Numbered from the stretch's first letter, positions 1 through 9,939 are shown. The stretch: DNA of 64,000 nt from Bacteroidia bacterium (GCA_019695295.1 JAIBAH010000011.1:2956-66955), one strand, 5' to 3'. Translations and numbers: made by a program. Notes: generated by a model from the letters alone, not told the origin.

Positions 1-765
1 TTTGCAGAGCAGAAAATCATTTTCCCTGAAAGCCGTACAACAATTCAGTTTCCTTTTACAGCAAACGATTCCTGGAATACTACAACAAGCCGGATTTCAG
101 TCAATTTTAATCTTAGTGTAGCAAGTGCAGGATTAAACGCTGCACCCGGGCAACACGTATTTCGTTATACCGAAAAAGACAGTGTAGCAGGCTGGGGAAA
201 ACTGAGGGTTTATACGGCAAGTGGTGCAAGTTCTCCGTATGATGTCTTACTGGTAAAAGTGGAATCCTATTCAATTGATAGCTTATATCTGGGAGGCTCC
301 CCTGCCCCGGCTACCCTGTTAAATGCTTTTGGGATTACACAAGGACAAAAAAATGATAGCCGTCATGCCTACAATTTTTACCGTAAAGGCTCATGGCTAT
401 ATCTTATGCGTAGATTTTACGGAACGGATAATACCTACACAAATCTTACAGGCTCCTGGGTTTCCACTGATAATATTTCGGTAAATATGGATGAAACACA
501 CACTTACAGTACCCTTTTATATCCCAATCCAGCCAACAGCAATGAATTAAATATCCAGATTCTGGGTAAAGGTACCCCCTGTGAGCAGTACAAAGTGATT
601 GACATGATGGGCAGAATCGTACAAACAGGGCAACCTTCTTCTATAAGCCTGAATGACCTGAAAGTACATTTAAATGAAAATCTGGTGAATGGCACTTATT
701 TTCTGCAAATTACAGACAATGAAAATCAATCCGTTTTAATGGAAAAGTTTGAACTATCAAGATAA
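1..765 (+). CDS. 3' part of a secreted protein ending in a T9SS type-A C-terminal sorting domain (the gene starts upstream of the window)
   Basis: Frame 1 is open from base 1 to the stop at 763-765, so the track start at 259 is only an internal GTG. The last ~80 aa (LYPNPANSNELNIQILG...GTYFLQITDNENQSVLMEKFELS) fit the Por/T9SS CTD pattern. Confidence 0.7.
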   Translation, partial: FAEQKIIFPESRTTIQFPFTANDSWNTTTSRISVNFNLSVASAGLNAAPGQHVFRYTEKDSVAGWGKLRVYTASGASSPYDVLLVKVESYSIDSLYLGGSPAPATLLNAFGITQGQKNDSRHAYNFYRKGSWLYLMRRFYGTDNTYTNLTGSWVSTDNISVNMDETHTYSTLLYPNPANSNELNIQILGKGTPCEQYKVIDMMGRIVQTGQPSSISLNDLKVHLNENLVNGTYFLQITDNENQSVLMEKFELSR

Positions 766-979
766 TCTTAATCAAGATACCAAAGGAGGCGAAAGGCACC
801 ATTGAAAAGAGAACGTTCTAAAAGCCATTTGCCGGAAGACATTATAACCACCCCTTATCTGAAAATATCCTGTAAATCAATTGCCTTGGGTTAAACCTTT
901 GGCAATTGATTTACAGTGATTTAGAAGAATAAAAAGACTGCTGTCTTTCAGATATCCATTTCCTTGATTGATCCAGACT

Positions 980-2224
980 TTATATTTGAAAATTAACGAA
1001 CACCTTTTCTATAATCTCACAGCAGTCATTCATCTGCGCTTCGGTCATCACCAAAGGTGGAGCAAAACGAATAATGTTTCCGTGAGTGGGTTTTGCGAGC
1101 AATCCATTTTCTGCCAGAAGCATACATAAATCCCAGCCCATACTGCCTTCTTCTGAATCATTGAGCACAACGGCGTTCAAAAGTCCTTTTCCTCTTACAT
1201 GGGTAATCAAATCCGGCCTTTTTTCCTGAAGTGAAGTCATCCGGGCACGGAAAATCTCTCCCAGGCGGGCAGCGTTTTCAGCCAGATTTTCATCCTTAAT
1301 GACAGTAAGTGCGGCTACAGCAACTGCACAGGCGAGCGGGTTTCCCCCATAGGTAGAACCATGCTGACCGGGTTTAATCACAAGCATTACCTCATCATCA
1401 GCAAGCACGGCAGACACCGGCAAAACCCCTCCGGATAGTGCTTTTCCCAGAATGAGTACATCCGGTCTTACTCCTTCGTGATCCGAAGCGAGCAACTTAC
1501 CCGTGCGGGCAATACCAGTTTGCACTTCATCTATCATAAATAATACATTGTATTTTTTACAAAGCAACTCTACAGCTTTCAGGTATCCTGCCGGGGGAAT
1601 CATAACACCTGCTTCACCCTGAATGGGCTCAATCCATACAGAACATACATTCGGGTTCTGAATCGCTTTTTCCATTGCTTCCAGATTCCCATACTCCAGA
1701 ATTTCAAATCCGGGCAGAAAAGGGCCGAAGTTGGTAGTGGAAGAGGGGTCAGTAGAAGCAGAAATAATCCCGAGTGTTCTTCCGTGGAAGTTCCCTCCCA
1801 CCGCAAGTATCACGGCCTGATTTGCAGGAATTTTTTTCTTTTCGTATCCCCATTTTCTTGCCAGTTTTAAAGCAGACTCGTTGGCTTCGGCGCCCGAGTT
1901 CATCATCAAAACTTTGTCATAACCAAAAAATTCTGCGATAAACTTCTCGGTTTCCCCCAATCTGTTATTATAAAATGCTCTGGAAGTGAGTGTAAGTGTC
2001 TGAGCCTGATCTATAAGGGCCTGAATAATTTTGGGATGGCAATGCCCCTGATTCACCGCACTGTAAGCAGAGAGAAAGTCATAATACTTTACGCCTTCTG
2101 GGCTATAGAGAAATACCCCTTCTCCTTTTGCGAGTACCACCGGAATCGGATGATAATTATGAGCACCGTACTGATCTTCGAGTGCAATTGCCTCTGCTGA
2201 GCTTATAAAATGTTCTAAAACCAT
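980..2224 (-). CDS. rocD: ornithine aminotransferase (class III PLP aminotransferase)
   Basis: The motifs YGAHNYHPIPVV, SAYSAVNQGHCHP, IDEVQTGIARTGK and STYGGNPLA are typical of ornithine-oxo-acid transaminase. The start is trimmed to the ATG at 2224 (MVLEHF), because the upstream 45 codons of the track ORF look non-coding. This gives 414 aa. Confidence 0.85.
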   Translation of the reverse strand: MVLEHFISSAEAIALEDQYGAHNYHPIPVVLAKGEGVFLYSPEGVKYYDFLSAYSAVNQGHCHPKIIQALIDQAQTLTLTSRAFYNNRLGETEKFIAEFFGYDKVLMMNSGAEANESALKLARKWGYEKKKIPANQAVILAVGGNFHGRTLGIISASTDPSSTTNFGPFLPGFEILEYGNLEAMEKAIQNPNVCSVWIEPIQGEAGVMIPPAGYLKAVELLCKKYNVLFMIDEVQTGIARTGKLLASDHEGVRPDVLILGKALSGGVLPVSAVLADDEVMLVIKPGQHGSTYGGNPLACAVAVAALTVIKDENLAENAARLGEIFRARMTSLQEKRPDLITHVRGKGLLNAVVLNDSEEGSMGWDLCMLLAENGLLAKPTHGNIIRFAPPLVMTEAQMNDCCEIIEKVFVNFQI

Positions 2225-2243
2225 AATAATGTGAATTTTACTG

Positions 2244-2251
2244 CAAAAGTA
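2244..2251 (-). promoter_or_regulatory. putative Bacteroidota -7 box (TAnnTTTG) for rocD
   Basis: The minus strand reads TACTTTTG, 20 nt upstream of the ATG at 2224. Confidence 0.4.
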
Positions 2252-2314
2252 CAAAAAATCAGGAAATAAATTCAAAAAATTGCAATAGTTTTTTGGGCAA
2301 TGCTTTTTTTGTCT

Positions 2315-2322
2315 TAATTTTG
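2315..2322 (+). promoter_or_regulatory. putative -7 box (TAnnTTTG) for the E2 gene
   Basis: TAATTTTG lies 56 nt upstream of the ATG at 2378. Confidence 0.4.
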
Positions 2323-2377
2323 TGCCGGATTTTACCGTCATCTGAAAATTAAATCCCAAAAATATTAAAACATAAAA

Positions 2378-3754
2378 ATGGCAAGATTTGAATTAGTAAT
2401 GCCTAAAATGGGCGAAAGTATTATCGAAGCGACAATTTTAAAATGGAGCAAAAAAGTCGGGGATTCTATCGATGCTGAAGAATCTGTTCTGGAAATTCAG
2501 ACCGACAAAGTAGATTCTGAAGTACCTTCTCCTGTTGGTGGTATATTAATGCAAATGTTATTTAAAGAAGGAGATGTGGTTCCGGTTGGGCAGGCAATTG
2601 CAATCATCGAAACCGAAGCCGCTTCCAATGGTGTGACCCCCGCTGTTTCTGCCCCTCAGGTGCAGGCACCCGTACTGGAACCTGTTACAGCGGAAGTACC
2701 TTATGTTCCGGTGAATCAACCGGCTGTCCTTCATGAAAATGTCGTTTCCAACGGAGCCGGCAAATTCTATTCTCCCCTGGTATTAAATATCGCAAGAGAA
2801 GAAAATATCTCCATGACCGAACTGGAAAAAATCCCCGGAACCGGAAGAGAAGGAAGAGTAACCAAAAAAGATATTCTGGAGTATGTAACTTCCAGAGAGC
2901 AAAAAACAGCTGAACCTGTAGTACAAACTCCTGCCGCTCCTGTCGTTGTAAAAACGGAAGTTGCAGCACCAGTGGCAGAAAAACCGGTTTCAGCACCTGC
3001 CCCGCTGAATTACGGGGTTCAGGAAAAGAAATTTACCCATACCGGGAATTTCGAAATCATGGAAATGGACCGTATGCGTAAGATTACAGCTGAAAATATG
3101 GTTTATTCCAAGCATATCTCTCCCCATGTAACTTCTTTTGTAGAAGCAGATGTAACGAATATCGTACTCTGGAGAAATAAAGTAAAAACCCAGTTTGAGA
3201 AGCAATATGGCGAAAAACTGACTTTTACCCCTATTTTTATCATGGCAATCGCCAAAGCTATCCGCGAACTACCGATGGTAAATATTTCCGTGGAAGGGGA
3301 TAAAATCATTGTAAAAAAAGACATTAATATCGGCGTAGCTGCTGCATTACCGGACGATAACCTGATAGTACCCGTCATCAAAAATGCAGACAGACTGAAT
3401 ATCGTAGGATTGGCGGCAGCAGTGAATGACCTTGCAGGACGTGCCCGTCTTCGTAAGCTTAAACCCGAAGAACTTGAAGGCGGAACCTATACGATAACCA
3501 ATGTGGGTACCTTCGGAAATGTCATGGGAACTCCGATTATCATGCAGCCTCAGGTAGCAATTCTGGCAACGGGCGCAATTCGCAAACTGCCTGCTGTAGT
3601 GGAAACTGAAACGGGTGACGTAATCGCTATCCGTCATAAAATGTTCCTTTCCCATTCTTATGACCACAGAGTAGTCAATGGTGCACTTGGCGGAAGGTTT
3701 ATCCGTAAAGTAGCAGATATTCTCGAGGCCTGGGATTTAAATACTCCTATCTGA
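2378..3754 (+). CDS. 2-oxoacid dehydrogenase complex E2 (dihydrolipoyllysine-residue acyltransferase)
   Basis: It has one N-terminal lipoyl domain (EIQTDKVDSEVPSP), an Ala/Pro linker and a peripheral subunit-binding domain (SPLVLNIAREENI...GTGREGRVTKKDI). The catalytic domain carries SHSYDHRVVNGALGGRF. No E1 or E3 gene is adjacent, so substrate class is not assigned. Confidence 0.85.
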   Translation: MARFELVMPKMGESIIEATILKWSKKVGDSIDAEESVLEIQTDKVDSEVPSPVGGILMQMLFKEGDVVPVGQAIAIIETEAASNGVTPAVSAPQVQAPVLEPVTAEVPYVPVNQPAVLHENVVSNGAGKFYSPLVLNIAREENISMTELEKIPGTGREGRVTKKDILEYVTSREQKTAEPVVQTPAAPVVVKTEVAAPVAEKPVSAPAPLNYGVQEKKFTHTGNFEIMEMDRMRKITAENMVYSKHISPHVTSFVEADVTNIVLWRNKVKTQFEKQYGEKLTFTPIFIMAIAKAIRELPMVNISVEGDKIIVKKDINIGVAAALPDDNLIVPVIKNADRLNIVGLAAAVNDLAGRARLRKLKPEELEGGTYTITNVGTFGNVMGTPIIMQPQVAILATGAIRKLPAVVETETGDVIAIRHKMFLSHSYDHRVVNGALGGRFIRKVADILEAWDLNTPI

Positions 3755-3776
3755 TTCAAAAAATAATAATATCAAA

Positions 3777-3806
3777 AGTCAATCTGGCAACGGATTGGCT
3801 TTTTTT
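3777..3806 (+). terminator. rho-independent terminator after the E2 gene
   Basis: An 8-bp stem agtcaatc/gattggct (one G:U pair) is followed by a T7 run. Confidence 0.55.
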
Positions 3807-3881
3807 GCGTTTATTAAAGCATCAAAGAAAAACCAAATATGTAGTTTAGCGTTTTTTCTTGATAATTTTAAGTTTAGTAAT

Positions 3882-3889
3882 TACCTTTG
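3882..3889 (+). promoter_or_regulatory. putative -7 box (TAnnTTTG)
   Basis: TACCTTTG lies 70 nt upstream of the ATG at 3959. Confidence 0.35.
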
Positions 3890-3958
3890 TACAAAATTAT
3901 TAATCTGGTTTTAATCAATATTAATTTAACTTTCATTTAATTATTCATTTTATCTATC

Positions 3959-5851
3959 ATGAAGAGAATTTTATCAGTTTTGTTGTTGATGTGTTCTTTT
4001 AGCGCATTTGCACAGAATATCCCTCAGGATACCCCTGATGATTTTGGATATGTCTGGAGAAATAATACAAATGCCAATGGCCCTACTTACGACTGGGTGG
4101 ATATCACCGCAGTAGGAACAGAGGTAAGCGGACTTGCAGACGACAATTTTGTCGGCCCGGTTGATATGGGAATGACCTTCAAGTTTTACTGGAATACTTT
4201 TGATAAGATTTATATTGGCTCCAACGGTTATATTGCTTTTTCCGGAGTGAATATTGCTTCCCAGACTAACGGATTTCCTACCTGCCCTACCTCTGACAAT
4301 AACGATGGTATTATTGCAGGAATGTTATGTGACCTTGCTTTCGGATATGCTGGCTCAGTAGCCCGTTGCTTTACCTATCACGATGTGACCAATAACCGTT
4401 TTATTGTGACTTTTGATAAAGTACCATTCTGGACAAATAATGCTCAGAATTATGACGGGGAAAATACTTTCCAGTTTATTCTTGATGCAGATGACAACTC
4501 TATCACCATCAATTATGCAGATCAGCAAGGCGTATGGAACTCAGGATATGACGGAGTAGCCAATCCTTTGGTAGTAGGTATTGAAAATGCAACTGGTGCT
4601 TACGGATTGAATGTCTCTAATAACGTATATCCAGACTCCGCTTCTTCTATCCGTGTTTATTATCCTACCGTTCCTTTGATTGATGTAACGGATGCAGGTC
4701 CTGCTTCTGTTCAGAATCCTAAAAATGGGGGATTTTTTGCTAAGCCCGGCGTTCCAATCGCTTTGGGAACAGAAATTTCCAATAGTGGTAATGTAGATAT
4801 CCCCGGCCAGATTCTTGTAAATGCAAGTGTGAAAGATGAGGCTAACCTTAGCGTATATAGCGGTTCAAGCGTTATTACCGGCCTGACCTCCAATTCAGTA
4901 CAACCAGTATTTTTCGCACCTGACTTTACGCCATCCGCTGCAGGCTCATACAAATTTGAAGTAACCTCCAACGTATTGCCTTCCGGTGATATGAACTCAG
5001 CAAATGACAAAAAAGAAGTGGAACTCGTAGCAATTGACACAACCGCTGCGGGAGAGGAAATTTATAGTTATGTAACTTACAATAACCCTAACTCAGGCGT
5101 TTCATGGTCAGGTGGTTCCGGAAACAGCGGAGGCGGTATTTATATCAAGCCTTATGCTTATCCTACTATCATCAAAGCAATTGAAATCCTGGTATTGCCT
5201 ACTCAGGGAAATGCAACGTATGACCCACCTTCCGGTGCAATGGTTTATCACCTCGATGTATATGCAGATGACGGCCCCAATGGTTCTGTAGGTCAGCCTT
5301 TGGCTAATATGGATATTGACGGTGCTACAGTAGATATGTCTAACGCCACAAATGGTCTGGTATGGAATCGTCATGATATTCCGGATCCTATCATCGTAAC
5401 TCAGGGCGGTGTATATGTAGGCTGGATTCAGAATGATGACAAAGTAGTGCTCGCGGCTGAAGACACATTCCTTATCTCCAGAAGAACATACGAAATTCTG
5501 AATAATGCATGGGCTCCTTACAGAGACCTGGAAAACACAGATTTCTATATCCGTATTGTTACTGAAAAAACCACCAGTACTGCAATAACTCCCGGTAGCG
5601 GAATCAATACGCTTTCTGTATTCCCGAATCCTTCTACAGGAGCATTTACTGTAAATGCAGCTTTTGCACAGTCTTCTGACGCAATGATTAAGGTATCAGA
5701 CATGACCGGCAGAAAAGTACATTTCGAAGTGCTGAATCAGGTAAGTGAGATTAACCGCTCACTAAACCTTAGTCATCTTACCAAAGGAGTATATATCCTT
5801 GAAGTATCGAATGATAAAGGCAAGGCCACTGAAAAAATCATTATTGAATAA
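3959..5851 (+). CDS. secreted protein with a T9SS type-A C-terminal sorting domain; function unknown
   Basis: It has a signal peptide (MKRILSVLLLMCSFSAFAQ). The C-terminus (LSVFPNPSTGAFTVNAAF...GVYILEVSNDKGKATEKIIIE) is a typical Por secretion tail. Confidence 0.75.
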   Translation: MKRILSVLLLMCSFSAFAQNIPQDTPDDFGYVWRNNTNANGPTYDWVDITAVGTEVSGLADDNFVGPVDMGMTFKFYWNTFDKIYIGSNGYIAFSGVNIASQTNGFPTCPTSDNNDGIIAGMLCDLAFGYAGSVARCFTYHDVTNNRFIVTFDKVPFWTNNAQNYDGENTFQFILDADDNSITINYADQQGVWNSGYDGVANPLVVGIENATGAYGLNVSNNVYPDSASSIRVYYPTVPLIDVTDAGPASVQNPKNGGFFAKPGVPIALGTEISNSGNVDIPGQILVNASVKDEANLSVYSGSSVITGLTSNSVQPVFFAPDFTPSAAGSYKFEVTSNVLPSGDMNSANDKKEVELVAIDTTAAGEEIYSYVTYNNPNSGVSWSGGSGNSGGGIYIKPYAYPTIIKAIEILVLPTQGNATYDPPSGAMVYHLDVYADDGPNGSVGQPLANMDIDGATVDMSNATNGLVWNRHDIPDPIIVTQGGVYVGWIQNDDKVVLAAEDTFLISRRTYEILNNAWAPYRDLENTDFYIRIVTEKTTSTAITPGSGINTLSVFPNPSTGAFTVNAAFAQSSDAMIKVSDMTGRKVHFEVLNQVSEINRSLNLSHLTKGVYILEVSNDKGKATEKIIIE

Positions 5852-5874
5852 TATCAATATCAGTGAATATAAAA

Positions 5875-5908
5875 AAGAGGAGTATCGTCCTGATGCTCCT
5901 CTTTTTTT
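5875..5908 (+). terminator. rho-independent terminator
   Basis: An 8-bp stem aagaggag/ctcctctt is followed by a T-run, 24 nt after the stop at 5851. Confidence 0.6.
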
Positions 5909-6197
5909 ATTTTTATAGACAAAGACTGTATAGAAAAACGATGCTCTTTTACTGAAAGTCCGGATATTAATGGCTCTTTGGGCTTTTAAATCTCCTTTAA
6001 TGAAACAAAAGTATAATTTATCCGTAAGGAATAAGTGGGAGAAGTTTAATTTTTATTAAATTGCGAAACTTTTTCTTAAAAATGGCTTATTTTGTATTTA
6101 TAGTATAATTTTTGATAGATAAATATAGTTGAATATAAGGTTCTGAATTTACTTATCTTATCTTTTTATTTTTAAATGAAATTAATTTTCTTAAATC

Positions 6198-8255
6198 ATG
6201 AAATCAATTCGTAAGTTATTATTTCTATTGCTGGCGGGAAGTTTGTCTGGTTTGTTTGCCCAAAACCTGGTGAATATTAAACTGGGAGGCGAACAAAGAG
6301 ACGTAGCAAGAGGAGCGGTTCAGACTCCCCTCGGTGATTATGTAGTAGCCGGATACAGTTTCTCCAATCCTAACGGAGGAGGTAAGGCTGACATTGTAGT
6401 AACCCGGGTTGATAAAAATGGAAAAAAAGTCTGGGAAAATTATTTTGGCGGAAGAAATCATGATATGGCAAGTGATATCATCATGGCAAAAGACGGAAAG
6501 TTTGTCATTGCCGGGTTTACTTCTGAATCCTCCTCCGACAATAAAACGGTCTCCACAAAAGGATGGATTATTTGTCTTAATCCAAAAGGACAAATCGAAT
6601 GGCAATATACTTCCTACGGTGACAAAGCCGAAAGGGTAAACAGCGTAGCCCAGGCAGCCGACGGTGGCTTCTACTTTTCGGGTCTTACACAAAGCCGTAC
6701 CAAAGGAAAAGAAGATATGTGGGTGGGAAAACTCGACCAAACCGGAAAACTCAGATGGGAAAAAAGGTTTGGGGGTGCACTGGAAGATAAAGGAAACGGA
6801 GTGAGTGCTTCCAAATACGGAGGATGTATCGCTGTAGGTTCTACCAAATCCGAAGGAGCCGGAGAATCTGATATGATGGTAGCAAGAATAGGGGAAGACG
6901 GTACTATGCTTTGGTATAAGGTTATGGGAGGAATTGATAAGGATGAAGCCATGTCTGTAGCAGAAACGCCGGACGGAAAAATTGTTGTGAGTGGATGGAC
7001 AAACTCCAAAGGGTTTGGGAAATCGGACGCTGAACTGATTTTCATGAATAAAGATGGCTCCGTTGTCTGGGATAAAACCTTTGGGAAAGCAGGAAATGAC
7101 GCGTTTTCTTCTGTAATCAACACTCCTGACGGAAACCTGATTATGAGTGGATATACAACTCCGCTTTCCGCAAGCGAAAGTAATCTCTGGGTTGTAAAAA
7201 CGGACCATAAAGGAAATGTTTTCTGGGATAAATCCAGCTCAAGTGATAAAGAAGAATTTGCTTATTCGATTCAGCCTCTGAGAGAAGGCGGTTATTTACT
7301 GTCCGGTTTTACCAATAATGAAACTGCCGGCGAATCCGATATGTGGCTGATTACCATGAGCAATCTGGGAGTTTACAAAGCAAATGTACCCTCCATTGAT
7401 ATTGCCCATAATAATAAACCCGGCAAACCTCAGACTCAGCCACAGCCTCCCAAAAAGGAAAACAAACCTACCAAACCTTCTGAAATGGAAAACTGGATGA
7501 AACCCAATCTTTATATTTTAGCCGTTGGAGTTTCTGAGTACAGCGACAGTAAGTATAACCTTACCTTTGCACATACAGACGCAGATTCTGTTGCAGATAT
7601 GTTTGCTACCATGAAAGGGAAACTTTTTAATAAAGTAGAAGTAAAAAAACTCCTGAATAAAGACGCAACCCTCGTCAATATCAAAACCGCAATTACCTGG
7701 TTAGAAGAACAAACAACTCAAAAAGACCTGATTGTGATGTTTTTCTCCTCTCATGGAGCTTTGGACAATAAAGGTAATCTTTATATTCTTCCTTATGACT
7801 TCAACGCTATCAGCTTATTTGCTACTGCACTGAATATCAAGGATATTACCAATGGAATCAACGGTACCCCCTGTAAAAAAATGATATTCATGGATGCTTG
7901 TCACAGTGGAGAAGCAGGACTGGACTTATTAGAGTTCGCTTCTGTAAAAGACGCAAGCATGGATGGAATTGTAAAAGAAATCGCAGAAGCAGAGCCCGGT
8001 ATCACAATTATGACTTCTTCTACCGGTAAAGAATATTCCTATGAGAAAAACTCCTGGGGACACGGTGCTTTTACCAAGGCAATCCTCGAAGGCTTAAACG
8101 GAAAAGCGGATTTCAATAAAGATAAAGTGATTTACTTCACTGAACTGAATCTTTATGTGGCAGACAGAGTAAAAGAACTTACCGGAGGAAAACAACATCC
8201 TTATACTCCGATTAATCTTTTCGGAAATATACCGATTTTCACCCTCAAGCCATGA
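6198..8255 (+). CDS. exported beta-propeller-like repeat protein fused to a caspase-family (peptidase C14) domain
   Basis: It has a signal peptide (…SLSGLFAQ) and about seven ~50-aa repeats of the form (GG..D.A.SV..T.DG..V.AG.T.S...G..D.WV.K.D..G...W.K). A Pro/Lys linker (KPGKPQTQPQPPKKENKPTKP) follows. The C14 core carries FFSSHG (His codon 7752-7754) and MDACHSGEAG (Cys codon 7899-7901). Confidence 0.8.
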   Translation: MKSIRKLLFLLLAGSLSGLFAQNLVNIKLGGEQRDVARGAVQTPLGDYVVAGYSFSNPNGGGKADIVVTRVDKNGKKVWENYFGGRNHDMASDIIMAKDGKFVIAGFTSESSSDNKTVSTKGWIICLNPKGQIEWQYTSYGDKAERVNSVAQAADGGFYFSGLTQSRTKGKEDMWVGKLDQTGKLRWEKRFGGALEDKGNGVSASKYGGCIAVGSTKSEGAGESDMMVARIGEDGTMLWYKVMGGIDKDEAMSVAETPDGKIVVSGWTNSKGFGKSDAELIFMNKDGSVVWDKTFGKAGNDAFSSVINTPDGNLIMSGYTTPLSASESNLWVVKTDHKGNVFWDKSSSSDKEEFAYSIQPLREGGYLLSGFTNNETAGESDMWLITMSNLGVYKANVPSIDIAHNNKPGKPQTQPQPPKKENKPTKPSEMENWMKPNLYILAVGVSEYSDSKYNLTFAHTDADSVADMFATMKGKLFNKVEVKKLLNKDATLVNIKTAITWLEEQTTQKDLIVMFFSSHGALDNKGNLYILPYDFNAISLFATALNIKDITNGINGTPCKKMIFMDACHSGEAGLDLLEFASVKDASMDGIVKEIAEAEPGITIMTSSTGKEYSYEKNSWGHGAFTKAILEGLNGKADFNKDKVIYFTELNLYVADRVKELTGGKQHPYTPINLFGNIPIFTLKP

Positions 8256-8320
8256 AAACCCGGTGCGCTTAGGCGATCTTTAAGAAAGTATAGTAAAGGA
8301 AAAATATAATCATCCTGAGA

Positions 8321-8357
8321 AACATTCCGGAAATCAACCTCCGGAATGTTTTTTTTG
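8321..8357 (+). terminator. rho-independent terminator after the caspase gene
   Basis: A perfect 10-bp stem aacattccgg/ccggaatgtt with a 10-nt loop is followed by T7. Confidence 0.7.
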
Positions 8358-8407
8358 TAAGACTACTTTTTTTCTTAGTTTTGTACTTCTTAAATAAAAC
8401 CGGACGA

Positions 8408-9892
8408 ATGCACCATTTTTTTGCCGTATTAAAAAACAAATCACTGGTTTTACTCATCATTGGAATGCTGAGTTTGGTCATGCATTTCAGAATATTTTCG
8501 CTGGACCTGATTGGAATCCATGTTTGGAGACAGACTCAGACCCAGACCACTATACGCAATTTTTATACTGAGGACTTTCATATTCTGAATCCAAAAGTAA
8601 ATGAAAAAGCCGATACCGACAGAATATTCAGAATGGAATTTCCGGTTATGCAATGGGTTTTTGCAGGTTTTTACAAACTTTTGGGGACAGAAAGTATCAC
8701 CCTAAGCAGAATTCTTACCTTTATTATCGGGCTTTTCAGTATTGCGGGTATTTATACGCTGCTTGAAACTTTATTCCGAAGCCGGGAAACTGCCGGTGCT
8801 GGTGCGTGGGCATTCTCTTTCTCTCCTGTTTTCTACTATTATACCGTAAACCCGCTGCCGGATAATCTGGCTTTATGTATGGGAATATGGAGTTTATCCT
8901 GTTTTCTCCGGTGGTCTCATCAGTCACGCCAACGCGATTTGATTCTCAGCATTATTTTCCTGAGTATTGCCACACTTGCCAAATTACCCTTTATCATTTA
9001 CGGAGGAGTTGTAGCAGGTCATTTTCTGTCTAAATTTTATAAAGAAAAAAAAACGGATTTCCGGAGGTTTTTTACCACTTTGGGGTTATACATTCTTCTG
9101 CTTCTGCCTGCGATACTCTGGTATGCAGTTGTCATTCCGCAATGGCAAAACGGAGTAATCAAGGGGATTGCGGATTCCCATGAAAGTTATACCGTGCTGT
9201 TGGATATCCTCTGGACAAATCTCATATCTGTATTACCGGAGTTGCTGCTGAATTATGCTTCGGTTCCTTTTTTTGTGATTGCTGTTTATCAATTGTTTTC
9301 CCAAAAAAAATACCTGCACAATGATTTTCCTGCACTTGGTGCCGGGCTTCTGCTTGTGGTAGCCTACTTTCTGTATGAATTGAATATGATAGCAAAAGTA
9401 CATGATTATTATCTGTTTCCTTTTCTACCGTTCCTGTTTATACTGGTGAGTTCAGGCATTCAGTCATTGTTGAAACATCCGGCTTCCGGTGCCCGGCATT
9501 TTGCATTATTTGCCCTGTTCCTCCTTCCTTTCACTGCTTATCTGAGAATCAACAGCCGGTGGAATGAACAAAAGCCGGGCTTTAACCCGGTGTATTACAC
9601 CCACAAAACAGAACTGCGCAAACTGATAAAACCGGATGAGCTTTGCGTTGCAGGAAAAGATGTATCTCACTATATTCTACTCTATTATTTAGACCGCAAA
9701 GGATGGGTTTTTGAAGAAGACACGCTGAGAGCTGCTTTTTTACAGGAAAAAATTCATCAGGGTGCCAAATATCTGTTTACGGATGTAGTTTCGGAAAATA
9801 CCCCTGAGATGAATCTGCTTCTGAGTGAAAAAATCTATGAGAATGAAACGCTTAAGGTTTACCGTTTAAAAGACAAGGCAATTTCGCCCTGA
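8408..9892 (+). CDS. polytopic membrane glycosyltransferase, GT39/ArnT-like (PMT_2-type)
   Basis: It has about 11-12 hydrophobic segments, with an N-terminal loop region and overall layout like ArnT or dolichyl-phosphate-mannose protein mannosyltransferase-like enzymes. The track start at 8381 is a TTG; the ATG at 8408 (MHHFFAVLKNK) is preferred. The family call rests on architecture only. Confidence 0.55.
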   Translation: MHHFFAVLKNKSLVLLIIGMLSLVMHFRIFSLDLIGIHVWRQTQTQTTIRNFYTEDFHILNPKVNEKADTDRIFRMEFPVMQWVFAGFYKLLGTESITLSRILTFIIGLFSIAGIYTLLETLFRSRETAGAGAWAFSFSPVFYYYTVNPLPDNLALCMGIWSLSCFLRWSHQSRQRDLILSIIFLSIATLAKLPFIIYGGVVAGHFLSKFYKEKKTDFRRFFTTLGLYILLLLPAILWYAVVIPQWQNGVIKGIADSHESYTVLLDILWTNLISVLPELLLNYASVPFFVIAVYQLFSQKKYLHNDFPALGAGLLLVVAYFLYELNMIAKVHDYYLFPFLPFLFILVSSGIQSLLKHPASGARHFALFALFLLPFTAYLRINSRWNEQKPGFNPVYYTHKTELRKLIKPDELCVAGKDVSHYILLYYLDRKGWVFEEDTLRAAFLQEKIHQGAKYLFTDVVSENTPEMNLLLSEKIYENETLKVYRLKDKAISP

Positions 9893-9939
9893 AAACCCTT
9901 TTTTTAAAACTTTTCTTTTTATAATTCCGACAAATCTAC

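Noticed and set aside
980-2359. The ORF track shows N-terminal extensions at 980-2359, 8381, 10352-12013, 12051-14900, 26873-27613, 31269-32696 and 56455.
   Set aside because: In each case the conserved family N-terminus or signal peptide begins at a downstream ATG. The extension either starts at TTG/GTG or runs into promoter-like AT-rich DNA, so the starts were trimmed as listed in the features.
6225-7208. A 327-aa antisense ORF lies opposite the propeller repeats of the caspase gene. Similar long antisense ORFs occur at 10748-11353, 17169-17819, 22924-23469, 29684-30253, 37418-38172, 42130-42672 and 56674-57393.
   Set aside because: Each lies entirely inside a gene with strong family motifs on the other strand. 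Their translations are low-complexity or Cys/Arg/Phe-rich with no recognisable motifs, and they lack promoter boxes. They are treated as shadow ORFs of the real genes.
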